DNA from: Polyangiales bacterium
GTDB taxonomy: Bacteria; Myxococcota_A; Polyangia; Polyangiales; Polyangiaceae
Length of the DNA: 64,000 nt
NCBI GenBank assembly: GCA_038231275.1
Contig: JBBRLQ010000002.1
Location: 1-64,000, forward strand
Direction: 5' to 3'
The notes beneath the pieces were generated by a model that had not been told where the DNA came from, searched no databases, and worked only from the letters and a program-made list of their open reading frames with translations. Every line of letters starts with the position of its first letter. The first letter of the stretch is position 1. Below are positions 27,127 to 35,668 of the stretch, one piece after another. The translations under genes were made by a program, and so were the position numbers.

Positions 27127-28801
27127 CCGACTGAAGCCGCCCATCCTCGTATGGGTGAGCATCTTCGCGGCGGCAGCGTGCACACGCTCTCGCGTCGTAC
27201 CGTCGGCGGACCGCGGTGACACCGCCGCCCTCGAAGTCGACTCGGGCCCGCTCAGCAAGCAAGGCGATCCCACGGCACCGCGTGCCGTCGCCCCGCTGTC
27301 GGGAGGCGTCGTCACCTCACCGCACGTCCTCTTTCGATGGACACCACGAACTTCGGCGCGCGTAGAACTCGCGTCGACGCCGACGTCCCCACCCCAAGCC
27401 ATTGGGTCGGGGATCGGAGAGCTCGATGTGCCGGCGGTAGCAGCGGGACGCTGGTTCTGGCGGGTGGTCGATGCGACCGGGCGCGGCAGCCCCTTCGCAC
27501 GGCTGAGAGTGATCCCCGCGGCCACGCGCCTAATGCGGCAGGGCACCCGAGGCGGAACGGATCTCAACGGGGACGGCTTCGACGACGTCGTCCTGAGACA
27601 AGACGTGTTCCTGGGACGCGCGAGGATCGACGGCAGCGATCGCACGAACGATGCGACCATTCCCCTTCTTCCCGACCCGGGGTCGCGCTGCGACGAGCGA
27701 CCGAAGGATGTCCCGCCTGTCGGGCCTCGCTGTCGCAACATGGGCGACTTGTTCGCCATCGGGGACGTCGACGGCGACGGGTTCGACGACCTACTCGCGT
27801 ATACTGACGCGCGCTGCGTCGTCCTGTTTCGCGGAGCACCGTTAATCCCGTCGCCCTGGCGCGCTACGGCGCGCTCCTGCCCGGATGGTGTGGAGGCGCT
27901 CGGCCCCGTAAGGATCGTTCGCGTGGGCGACGTCAACGGCGACGGCTTTGCCGACGTAGGGCTCGCCGTCTCTGGGGGCGGGCTCGGAGTCTTCCTCGGC
28001 AGCACGGCGGGGCTCTCGGATCGACCGCACCTCGTTCTTCCGCCTGCGTACCAGTGGGCAGAAGGCGGTGACTTGAACGGCGACGGGTTCTACGACGGGG
28101 CCGCGCTCTCGGACGCCGGCGAGTTGGCCTTCTTCTGGGGGAGTGCGGGCGGCCTGACAAGCACGCCCGGTGCGCGTGCGACGGTACCGTTTGCGGCTCC
28201 AACCGGATCGAACGGCTTCGTCGCGGCACCGCTCACGCGTGTCGTCGACTGGGACGGCGACGGCTTCGCAGATGTGCTCGGCCTGAGTCCGAGCGCTTCG
28301 CCCAAGCTCTGGGTCGTCTTGGGCGGTGCGGTCGCGATCTCACCCGGCCCAAAGCTCACGCGCCGCTGGCCGTTCAAGAGCGAGCACAGCGAGAGCATCT
28401 TCGCTTGGGACGCCTTCTCGGGGGCGGGACGCTCGACCGCCGCGATGTTTCTCGGCGGCTGGGGGAGCCAAGGCAGATGGGATTTCGCACGTGTCTTGGT
28501 CGCGGACGCGGGTGGCTTCGCCGCCCCCAAACTTCCCGAGCGCCTTGAGAGCGCGACGGTTGCCAAGCCCGAGGCGATCGCCGGCGTTGGAGACGTCAAC
28601 GGCGATGGTCTCGAGGACGCTCTCGTCGTCACGGTGGACGACACCGACGGGAGCCGGGTTGGCGAGCTCACCTTGGGCACCCCTACCGGCATCGACCTCG
28701 GCGGCGCTTCGTACATGCTCCGCTACGACGGGGAACGCGAAGGGGGCGGGCGGCTCGGATCCCTCCCCGCAAGGCGCGGACCCAAGATGCACGCACCGTG
28801 A
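27113..28801 (+). CDS. FG-GAP/VCBS-repeat lipoprotein
   Basis: Start MKTRSR; lipobox FAAAAC; repeated D(L/V)NGDGF(D/A)D motifs. Confidence 0.85.
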   Translation: MKTRSRLKPPILVWVSIFAAAACTRSRVVPSADRGDTAALEVDSGPLSKQGDPTAPRAVAPLSGGVVTSPHVLFRWTPRTSARVELASTPTSPPQAIGSGIGELDVPAVAAGRWFWRVVDATGRGSPFARLRVIPAATRLMRQGTRGGTDLNGDGFDDVVLRQDVFLGRARIDGSDRTNDATIPLLPDPGSRCDERPKDVPPVGPRCRNMGDLFAIGDVDGDGFDDLLAYTDARCVVLFRGAPLIPSPWRATARSCPDGVEALGPVRIVRVGDVNGDGFADVGLAVSGGGLGVFLGSTAGLSDRPHLVLPPAYQWAEGGDLNGDGFYDGAALSDAGELAFFWGSAGGLTSTPGARATVPFAAPTGSNGFVAAPLTRVVDWDGDGFADVLGLSPSASPKLWVVLGGAVAISPGPKLTRRWPFKSEHSESIFAWDAFSGAGRSTAAMFLGGWGSQGRWDFARVLVADAGGFAAPKLPERLESATVAKPEAIAGVGDVNGDGLEDALVVTVDDTDGSRVGELTLGTPTGIDLGGASYMLRYDGEREGGGRLGSLPARRGPKMHAP

Positions 28802-28862
28802 GCCCCGCGACACTCGTTTGCTTAGCGAGACTCACGTCGTGCCGGCTGGGCTAGCAAGCCCA

Positions 28863-29078
28863 TCATCGCATTGCCGAACGCCGCCGCATGGCGAGCTCCT
28901 CGTCGAGCGCGCGCATCTGCTCCTCGTGCTCCCGTTGGACGCGGGTCTCGGCGCTCTCCTCGCGCACGCTTCCGAAGTCGAACCCCGCGTCGTACCGCTG
29001 GCGCAGCGCGAGGATCACATCGGGCTCCTGCTTCGTCTCGATCACGATGTCCTCGAAGCTCCGCCTCGCCTTGAACAT
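28863..29078 (-). pseudogene. C-terminal fragment of an island-type DNA-binding protein
   Basis: MFKARRSFEDIVIETKQEPDVILAL... reads as protein-like and sits back-to-back with the truncated integrase; no upstream half. Confidence 0.35.
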
Positions 29079-29988
29079 GAAGAGGCTCATCCCGGTCTTC
29101 GGAAAGATCCGCGTCGATGAGCTCCGCTCGACAGATCTCTTCCCCTGGCGCGAGCAGGTCGCCCGGTGGCTTCGGGACGGCATGCCGTCAACGCGTAAGC
29201 GCGACGAAGGCAAGCTCGTGAAGCTCTCTCCGGCGACCGCGAACGGGTGGCTCTCCATCCTCAAGGTGATCTGCACGGCCATGGCGACGCAGCACGAACT
29301 CGGGCGCGACCCGGGTAAGCCGCTCAAGTATTTCCGAACAGGCCGCACCTACACACACGAACAGCCCAACGCGATGACCGCCGCGCAGATGCCTGTCTTC
29401 CTCGCCAAGTTGAGGGAGGAGTCCCCGCAGCACTTCGCAATGACCTTCCTCGGCTTCGCGATCGGTGCGCGACCGTCGACACTCCGCCCCCTTCGTCGAC
29501 GCGGCCCCGAAGCCGACATTCTATGGGACAAGAAGGTCATCCTACTGCGCCGCTCGAACCCCCTCGCGCAGGAGATCGTCGACGAGACGAAGACGGGGCT
29601 CGACCAGGAGATTCCTCTCCCGGACTTCGTCATGCAGGTGCTCGACGCGCACGTCGCGATGCTGCCGGAGGGCCCGATGCGCGACTCCGATCTTCTCTTC
29701 CCAGCAACGACCGGAGGGATGCGATCGCGATCGGTGCTCGACAAGCCCTTCCGGCACGTCCTAAAGGAGCTCGGCTGGAGCCTGCGCCTCACGCCGCGAG
29801 GCATGCGTCGCACGTTCCAGGACCTCGCGCGCCAGGCCAACGTGCACGACTTCGTCACGCGCGCGATCTCGGGGCACCTGACAGACAGGATGCAGCGCCA
29901 CTACTCGACGGCGCAGCAGGAGGAGATGCGAGACGCGGTCGGAAAGGTAGCCTCGCTCGCGACGTCGCAAGGCGGACAGGGGACCTGA
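29077..29988 (+). mobile_element. int: Tyrosine recombinase/integrase, N-terminally truncated
   Basis: SPATANGWLSILK, GARPST (catalytic R), ETKTG (K), TPRGMRRT (HxxR variant), ISGH...MQRHYS (H, Y); the ORF portion upstream of ~29077 is not integrase-like; about 630 bp from the tRNA 3' end. Confidence 0.9.
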
Positions 29989-30023
29989 GACCGTCTTCGA
30001 GGCGCCTTCAGCCGGGTCCGTTG

Positions 30024-30485
30024 CTACTTCTTCGCGCGCTCTCCAGGGAACACCGAGAGGCGAGCGTTCTGATGGATCCCCTGAACGCGATCGTAGTTCG
30101 TCACGACGTCGCCGGCTCGAAACACGCGGGCGCCGAAGCGAACGTCTTTGCAGACGATCTGCATGCGTCTGCGCACCCAGTCTTCCGGCAGCTTCGCGAT
30201 CTCGCCGCCGCACGCGATGAGCAACGCGTCGCTCGGCCAACCACGGCGCGCGTAGACCTTGCCATCTGGACCGTCGCGCCAACCCTCCGAGGTGACCAGC
30301 GAGTCTGGAAGCGCGACCACGCGCTCGGCGCTCGCCTCACCGCGCTCGTAGTCCTCGACGGCCTCGTGAAATCGTCGCGCCACCGCGGCCGACTCCGCGA
30401 CGACAAACCAGTCCTCGTCGCCGTCCGGCGTCGAGCACCAGTACAACGCGAACCGCTTCGTCCGTCGTCGCGTCTGTCGCGCCAC
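30024..30485 (-). CDS. Hypothetical protein
   Basis: 153-aa ORF, LYWCSTPDGDEDWFVVA motif, between integrase and tRNA. Confidence 0.65.
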   Translation of the reverse strand: MARQTRRRTKRFALYWCSTPDGDEDWFVVAESAAVARRFHEAVEDYERGEASAERVVALPDSLVTSEGWRDGPDGKVYARRGWPSDALLIACGGEIAKLPEDWVRRRMQIVCKDVRFGARVFRAGDVVTNYDRVQGIHQNARLSVFPGERAKK

Positions 30486-30617
30486 AGGTCTCCCCGCTGA
30501 ACAACGTGCTGGACAGCCGACCAGCGATCCCGCTTAATGCCGACTGGGGAGCGCCTCGTGGCGCGCTCCGTCACCGGTGTGAAGAACGGTGTGATCGGCA
30601 GACGGATGAAGAAAAAG

Positions 30618-30692
30618 TGGAGCGGGAGAAGGGATTTGAACCCTCGACGTCCACCTTGGCAAGGTGGCACTCTACCACTGAGTTACTCCCGC
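30618..30692 (-). tRNA. tRNA-Gly (GCC)
   Basis: GCGGGAGTAACTCAGTGGTAGAGTGCCACCTTGCCAAGGTGGACGTCGAGGGTTCAAATCCCTTCTCCCGCTCCA: complete cloverleaf, anticodon GCC, encoded CCA. Confidence 0.98.
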
Positions 30693-30750
30693 AAAATCGC
30701 GGTCCTGTGAGTAGCCGGGCCCCCCTTCCCTGTCAACACCTCGCTTCGCT

Positions 30751-31302
30751 TCAGTGAAAGCTCCAGTTCACGGCAGCGAGTGAGGCGAAGACCAACATCT
30801 CCGCCGTGCGCCGCGTCGCCGGGGTGACTCCCTCCACGCGCCAGGGCATCGGATGACTTGCACCGCGTGACAGCGCCGCGTCCACCGCGCCGTTGTCGGC
30901 CACGAAGATTCGCATTCCGCCGCCGTCGACGAGCGCGCCGTCGGCCTCGAAGCGCATCGTCATCTGCGTGCCTTCGATGCGCACCACACCATCGGGGCCG
31001 CACGTCATGCTCGGGCCGCTGCTGCCGACCAGGCGATCGCCCTCGATGCGGAAGCGCGGCGGGGTGCGCTTCGAAAAATGCGTCGTGATGGTGCCGTCGG
31101 CGGCGAGCGTCGACATCGGCTCCCACTCGCTGCCGTGCTCGAGCGCGACCAAGCGCAGTGGCGCGATCGGAAGGCATGCGCCACCGGACGCGGTGCGACT
31201 TCCTCCTGCGCCACCGCCACCGCTAGCGCCGCCACCTCCGCCGCACCCGGCGAGGCCGCACGCGGCGAGAACGAGCGAGATCACGAAGATCGGCAGACGC
31301 AT
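30751..31302 (-). CDS. Hypothetical lipoprotein
   Basis: Signal peptide with LAGC lipobox and Gly linker. Confidence 0.75.
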   Translation of the reverse strand: MRLPIFVISLVLAACGLAGCGGGGGASGGGGAGGSRTASGGACLPIAPLRLVALEHGSEWEPMSTLAADGTITTHFSKRTPPRFRIEGDRLVGSSGPSMTCGPDGVVRIEGTQMTMRFEADGALVDGGGMRIFVADNGAVDAALSRGASHPMPWRVEGVTPATRRTAEMLVFASLAAVNWSFH

Positions 31303-31412
31303 CGCTCCTCATCCTACCCGTGCCACACGCGGCGGTTCGCACAATGAGACGATGGAGAGACTGCCTTGCACCCTTTTCGGAAGCCGCGCGAGCGTGGCAC
31401 GATGTCTGTGAA

Positions 31413-31898
31413 ATGTCCGAGCGTGAAGAGGATCGCGACACAGTGCCGGTTGCCGACGGGCTCGGCAGCGTCGGAGGAAGCGGCGTCGGAGCGAGCGCGC
31501 GAGCGAGCGAACCGCCGACGAGCTCGACGACGCGACAGATGACGCAAGCGTTCCTCGACAGCGACTACCCGCGCGCGCTCGTGCTCGCCGAGACGGTGCT
31601 CTCGAGTCAGCCCGGCGACGTCATGGCAACGGCGATCGCGAAGGAGTGCCGCGCGATGCGCGATCTCACCTCCTCCATCCCGGTGCGCGCGGTGATGTGG
31701 GACGATCGCGTGGACGCGAATGCCGACGGTGTCGCGGCGAGCATCCTCTCTCTCGTCGATGGCCGCTCGAGCGTCGCGGAGATCGCCGATCTCGCGGAGT
31801 CGAGCGGGCTCGGCCCCGGCGAGGCGTTGCGCCGCATCGAAGAGTTCATCGAAACCGGCGTGCTGCGGCTCGTCCCGGCCGACGAAGCCGTCTTCTGA
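31413..31898 (+). CDS. Hypothetical protein with C-terminal winged-helix-like segment
   Basis: ILSLVDGRSSVAEIADL...EALRRIEEFIETGVL pattern. Confidence 0.7.
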   Translation: MSEREEDRDTVPVADGLGSVGGSGVGASARASEPPTSSTTRQMTQAFLDSDYPRALVLAETVLSSQPGDVMATAIAKECRAMRDLTSSIPVRAVMWDDRVDANADGVAASILSLVDGRSSVAEIADLAESSGLGPGEALRRIEEFIETGVLRLVPADEAVF

Positions 31899-31922
31899 CC
31901 GTGTGCTAGGTTGAAGCGGAGA

Positions 31923-33359
31923 ATGCTCCGCGCGCGGTACCTCTTCCTCCTCGGCGTGATGGGCGCGTGCTCGTCGTCGAGCAGCGGAGACGCCGTACCG
32001 ACGGGCTCTTCCTCGGGCAGCGCCGGAGACGGCGGCGGCGGTGGTGGGGGAGACGCGACGACGACGACCGACGGCGGCGGCGGCGGCGGCGCGGACGGAG
32101 GCCTCGGCGACACGGGAGGCACGGGCGATGGCGTCGCTCCCCTTCCCGACGGAGGCGTGTCGTTGCCGCCGATCACACCGTCGCCGTGCGGCGGCAAGAT
32201 CCATTGCGTGAAGCCGGGGGACGATCTGAAAGGCGTCCTCGCCTCGGCCGCGAGCGGCGACACGGTGCAGGTCGCGGCCGGAACGTTCAAGGGCAACTTC
32301 GCCATCAACGGGAAATCCCTGCTCGTCGCCGGCGGCTTCGACCTCTCGTTCGCCGCGCGCGATCCGAAGACGCTCGAGACCAAGCTCGACGGAGGCGGCA
32401 GCGGGACCGTCCTGGCCGTGATTGCCGACGGCTTCACCGTGCGCGTGGACGGCTTCACGATCACGAACGGCGGCGGCGATCCCGGCAACGCGTACAGCGG
32501 CGCGGGCGTCGCGTGCGGGCTCGGCAAGGTCACCATCTCCACCAACCGCATCGTCTCCAACGTCGTCGCCTCCGCCAACATCGGGCTTACCGACACGCGC
32601 GGCGGCGGTGTGCTCGCGAACGGCAACGGGCAGAGCGTCATCCAGATCGTCGGCAACCTCATCCAGGACAACGTGTCGGGGCGCGGCGCGGGCATCGCGA
32701 GCTCCGACGTCGGCACGCTGCTCATCGACGGGAACGTCATCAAGAACAACCGCGCGTACAGCGATCACGGCGGCGGCGTCTTCATCAACTCGCCGAACGC
32801 CACGGTTCGCGGCAACTGGATCGAGGGCAACGAGATCGGCCCCGCGGTGAATCCGTACGGGCTGGCCGGCGGCGTCTACATCCATCAGCAAGGCACCGTC
32901 GCGCACCTCTCGTACAACACGTACACGAAGAACAAGGCCCCCTCGGCAGGCTCCGGATTCTTCGTCGACAACGCCGCGACGGCGACGCTCGATCACGAGC
33001 TTTTCTACGAGAACGCGTGCAACCAGAAGAGCGGCGCCGCGATCCTCGTCGACGCGACGGACAGCCCGCCGGTGATCGGCTCCACGCTGACCGTGACGTA
33101 CACGACCGTCGCCGATCACGTCTGCGCGTCGACATACGATGGCAACGGCGTGATGGTCGTCGGCCTCGGCTCCACCGCGACCGTCTCGCACAGCCTCTTC
33201 TGGAACAATGGGCCGAACCAATTCCAGTCCGCCGACAACGGGACGCCGCCGACCGTCGCGACGACGTTCACCGGGCCCGATCCGCTCTTCGTGGACGCGG
33301 CAAGCGGCGATTTCCACCTCAAGGCGGGCAGCCCGGCGGCGGGATTTGGTCGCTACTAG
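31923..33359 (+). CDS. Right-handed beta-helix repeat lipoprotein
   Basis: Lipobox MGAC; GDTVQVAAGTF, DGFTITNG, repeated IxxN..GGG; DPLFVDAASGDFHLKAGSPA end. Confidence 0.85.
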   Translation: MLRARYLFLLGVMGACSSSSSGDAVPTGSSSGSAGDGGGGGGGDATTTTDGGGGGGADGGLGDTGGTGDGVAPLPDGGVSLPPITPSPCGGKIHCVKPGDDLKGVLASAASGDTVQVAAGTFKGNFAINGKSLLVAGGFDLSFAARDPKTLETKLDGGGSGTVLAVIADGFTVRVDGFTITNGGGDPGNAYSGAGVACGLGKVTISTNRIVSNVVASANIGLTDTRGGGVLANGNGQSVIQIVGNLIQDNVSGRGAGIASSDVGTLLIDGNVIKNNRAYSDHGGGVFINSPNATVRGNWIEGNEIGPAVNPYGLAGGVYIHQQGTVAHLSYNTYTKNKAPSAGSGFFVDNAATATLDHELFYENACNQKSGAAILVDATDSPPVIGSTLTVTYTTVADHVCASTYDGNGVMVVGLGSTATVSHSLFWNNGPNQFQSADNGTPPTVATTFTGPDPLFVDAASGDFHLKAGSPAAGFGRY

Positions 33360-33391
33360 TCGTTACTCGACGGTACTAGAGGAGCGCGGCG

Positions 33392-34096
33392 TCAGGAGAT
33401 CGCGCGCGCGAGGAAGTACGCCGTCGCAGCGGCGAGCGCGCCGATCACGAGCGTCTGGACCGCGCTGCGGACGGGCGCGGAGCCCGTGAAGCGACCTTTC
33501 ACGTATCCGAGCACGCCGAGCGCGACCGACGTGACGACGACGCTCCACTTGAGCCCCTCCGACGGACCGGCGGTCACGAAATACGGCGCGAGCGGGACGA
33601 GGCCGCCGATCGCGTACGCGACGCCGATCGTCAGCGCCGCCGTCCACGCGCGCCGCGGGTTCGGCTCGTCGAGGCCGAGCTCGAAGCGCATCATGAAATC
33701 CACCCACGCTTCGGGACGCGCGCGAAGGGCGGTCAGGACCGGCGCGACGTCCTCGCGCGTGAGGCCGTACCCCGCGAAGACCGCGGCGACCTCGTTCTCC
33801 TCTTCTTCCGGGATCTCCTTCACCTCGCGCGCCTCACGACGTCGCTCGCTCGCGTAGTGCTCGATCTCGCCGCGGCCGGCGAGGTAGCCGCCGAGGCCCA
33901 TCGAGATCGCCCCCGCCACGATCTCGGCGAGGCCGGCGGTCACGACGACATGCGACGAGCCGATCGCGCCCGACAGGCCCGCGGCGAGCGCGAAGGGGAC
34001 GGTGAGCCCGTCGCTCATTCCCAGTACGGCGTCGCGGACCATGAGCGAGCCGCCGAAGTGACGCTCGGCGTGCTCGTGCGAGTGAGGCTCTGACAT
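33392..34096 (-). CDS. VIT1/CCC1 family Fe/Mn transporter
   Basis: RDAVLGMSDGLTVPFALAAG, AGAISMGLGGYL, FMMRFELGL. Confidence 0.95.
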   Translation of the reverse strand: MSEPHSHEHAERHFGGSLMVRDAVLGMSDGLTVPFALAAGLSGAIGSSHVVVTAGLAEIVAGAISMGLGGYLAGRGEIEHYASERRREAREVKEIPEEEENEVAAVFAGYGLTREDVAPVLTALRARPEAWVDFMMRFELGLDEPNPRRAWTAALTIGVAYAIGGLVPLAPYFVTAGPSEGLKWSVVVTSVALGVLGYVKGRFTGSAPVRSAVQTLVIGALAAATAYFLARAIS

Positions 34097-34205
34097 CCCC
34101 CTCTAGTAGAGCGAACGTCGCTTGCACGGAACGGGCAAACGACGGTAGCGACCCACCAGACGTAGGGGGAACCGGCGCCGACTCACTAGCCGCAGTTGCG
34201 CGGCC

Positions 34206-35456
34206 TCAGGCCGGAGCTTTGAGGCGCCGATGCGCGAGGGGAATGCGGAGCTTGCGCAGGGCCTTCGTCTCGATCTGACGAATGCGCTCGCGCGTGAGCG
34301 AGAAGACCTTGCCGACCTCTTCGAGCGTGTGGTCGCGCGACTCGTCGATGCCGAAGCGCATGCGCAGGACCTTCTGCTCCCGCGCGTCGAGCGTGTGGAG
34401 GAGCGCGTGCGCCTGCTCGCGCGAGCGGCTATCCTGGAGCGCGTCGTCGGGCGCCGTGACGAGCTCGTCCTTCACGAAGTCGCCCACGTGGCCGTCGCCT
34501 TCTCCGCCGAGCGGCGTCTCGAGGCTGATCGGCTCCTTCGCGATGCGAAGCATGGCGTCGATCTTGTCGAGCGGCATGTCGGTCATCTTCGCGAGCTCTT
34601 CGGGCGTCGCGTCGCGACCGAGCTGCTGGACGACCTGCGCCTGCGCGCGCGAGAGGCGCCGCAAGCTCTCCACCATGTGGACCGGCACGCGGATGGTGCG
34701 GCCCTGGTCGGCGATCGCGCGCGAGAGCGACTGGCGCACCCACCACGTCGCGTACGTGCTGAAGCGGTAGCCCTTGCGGTAGTCGAACTTGTCGACGGCG
34801 CGCATGAGGCCGATGTTCCCCTCCTGGATGAGGTCGAGGAGCTGCAGGCCGTGGTTCACGTGCTTCTTCGCGAACGCGACGACGAGGCGCAAATTCGCCT
34901 CGACGAACTCCGCCTTCGCGCGATCGGCGATGCGGCGCTGCTGCTCGATGGAGGCGACGATCGGCCTCTCGCCGGCGTTGACGAGGGCGTGCAGCACGCG
35001 CTCCACGACCTTGCGCTGGAGGCGCACGTCCTCGAGGGCGCGCAGCACCTGGGCGAGGGCGCGCTTGTGGCCGGGAGTCTTGCGCTCCTTCTGGGTCGGG
35101 GCGCCGGCGAGCTTCGCCGCGCGCTCGATGACGCGGACCAGACGCGCGACCATGGCCTCGTCGTGGACCTCTTCCTCGTTGACGTTGCGGGCGAGCTCCT
35201 GAACGCCGAGCTTCCCGGCGCGCAGCTCTTTCGCCACGGCGGTGAGCTCGGGCGCGGCCGCCTTCGACGACAGCAGCGCGGCCACGATGGTCCGCTCTGC
35301 TTCCTCGATGCGACGCGCGAGCTCGATCTCACCCTCGCGGGTGAGGAGCGGCACCCGCGCCATCTTCTGGAAGTAGAACTGGACGGTGTCGAGGCTCGGA
35401 GCCTTTTCGGTATTGTTCGCCGCCTGACCGGGGGGCGGCACGTTGAACTTCTTCAC
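34206..35456 (-). CDS. RpoD-family sigma-70 factor (no region 1.1)
   Basis: [68 protein letters not shown]. Confidence 0.95.
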   Translation of the reverse strand: MKKFNVPPPGQAANNTEKAPSLDTVQFYFQKMARVPLLTREGEIELARRIEEAERTIVAALLSSKAAAPELTAVAKELRAGKLGVQELARNVNEEEVHDEAMVARLVRVIERAAKLAGAPTQKERKTPGHKRALAQVLRALEDVRLQRKVVERVLHALVNAGERPIVASIEQQRRIADRAKAEFVEANLRLVVAFAKKHVNHGLQLLDLIQEGNIGLMRAVDKFDYRKGYRFSTYATWWVRQSLSRAIADQGRTIRVPVHMVESLRRLSRAQAQVVQQLGRDATPEELAKMTDMPLDKIDAMLRIAKEPISLETPLGGEGDGHVGDFVKDELVTAPDDALQDSRSREQAHALLHTLDAREQKVLRMRFGIDESRDHTLEEVGKVFSLTRERIRQIETKALRKLRIPLAHRRLKAPA

Positions 35457-35668
35457 GACAGTTACTGCGATGCTCGTGACGTCGAAGTGAGCGCGCTGAC
35501 GTCGACGGCTACGGGTAAGCGCTCGGGCATATTATTAAGCACGAACGGCTCCTGTGCCCGTCCATTCAGGACAAACCCGCTGGAAAATGCCAGACGGACG
35601 AGCTGTGTAGGGGGCACACCTTCCCTGCCGCTCGGCGGGACCAGCGCGAAATCCTTCGTCGTGGCGCG

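Noticed and set aside
28888-29076. N-terminal 63 aa of the 366-aa integrase ORF
   Set aside because: Not integrase-like; it is the antisense of another gene fragment at a rearrangement junction.
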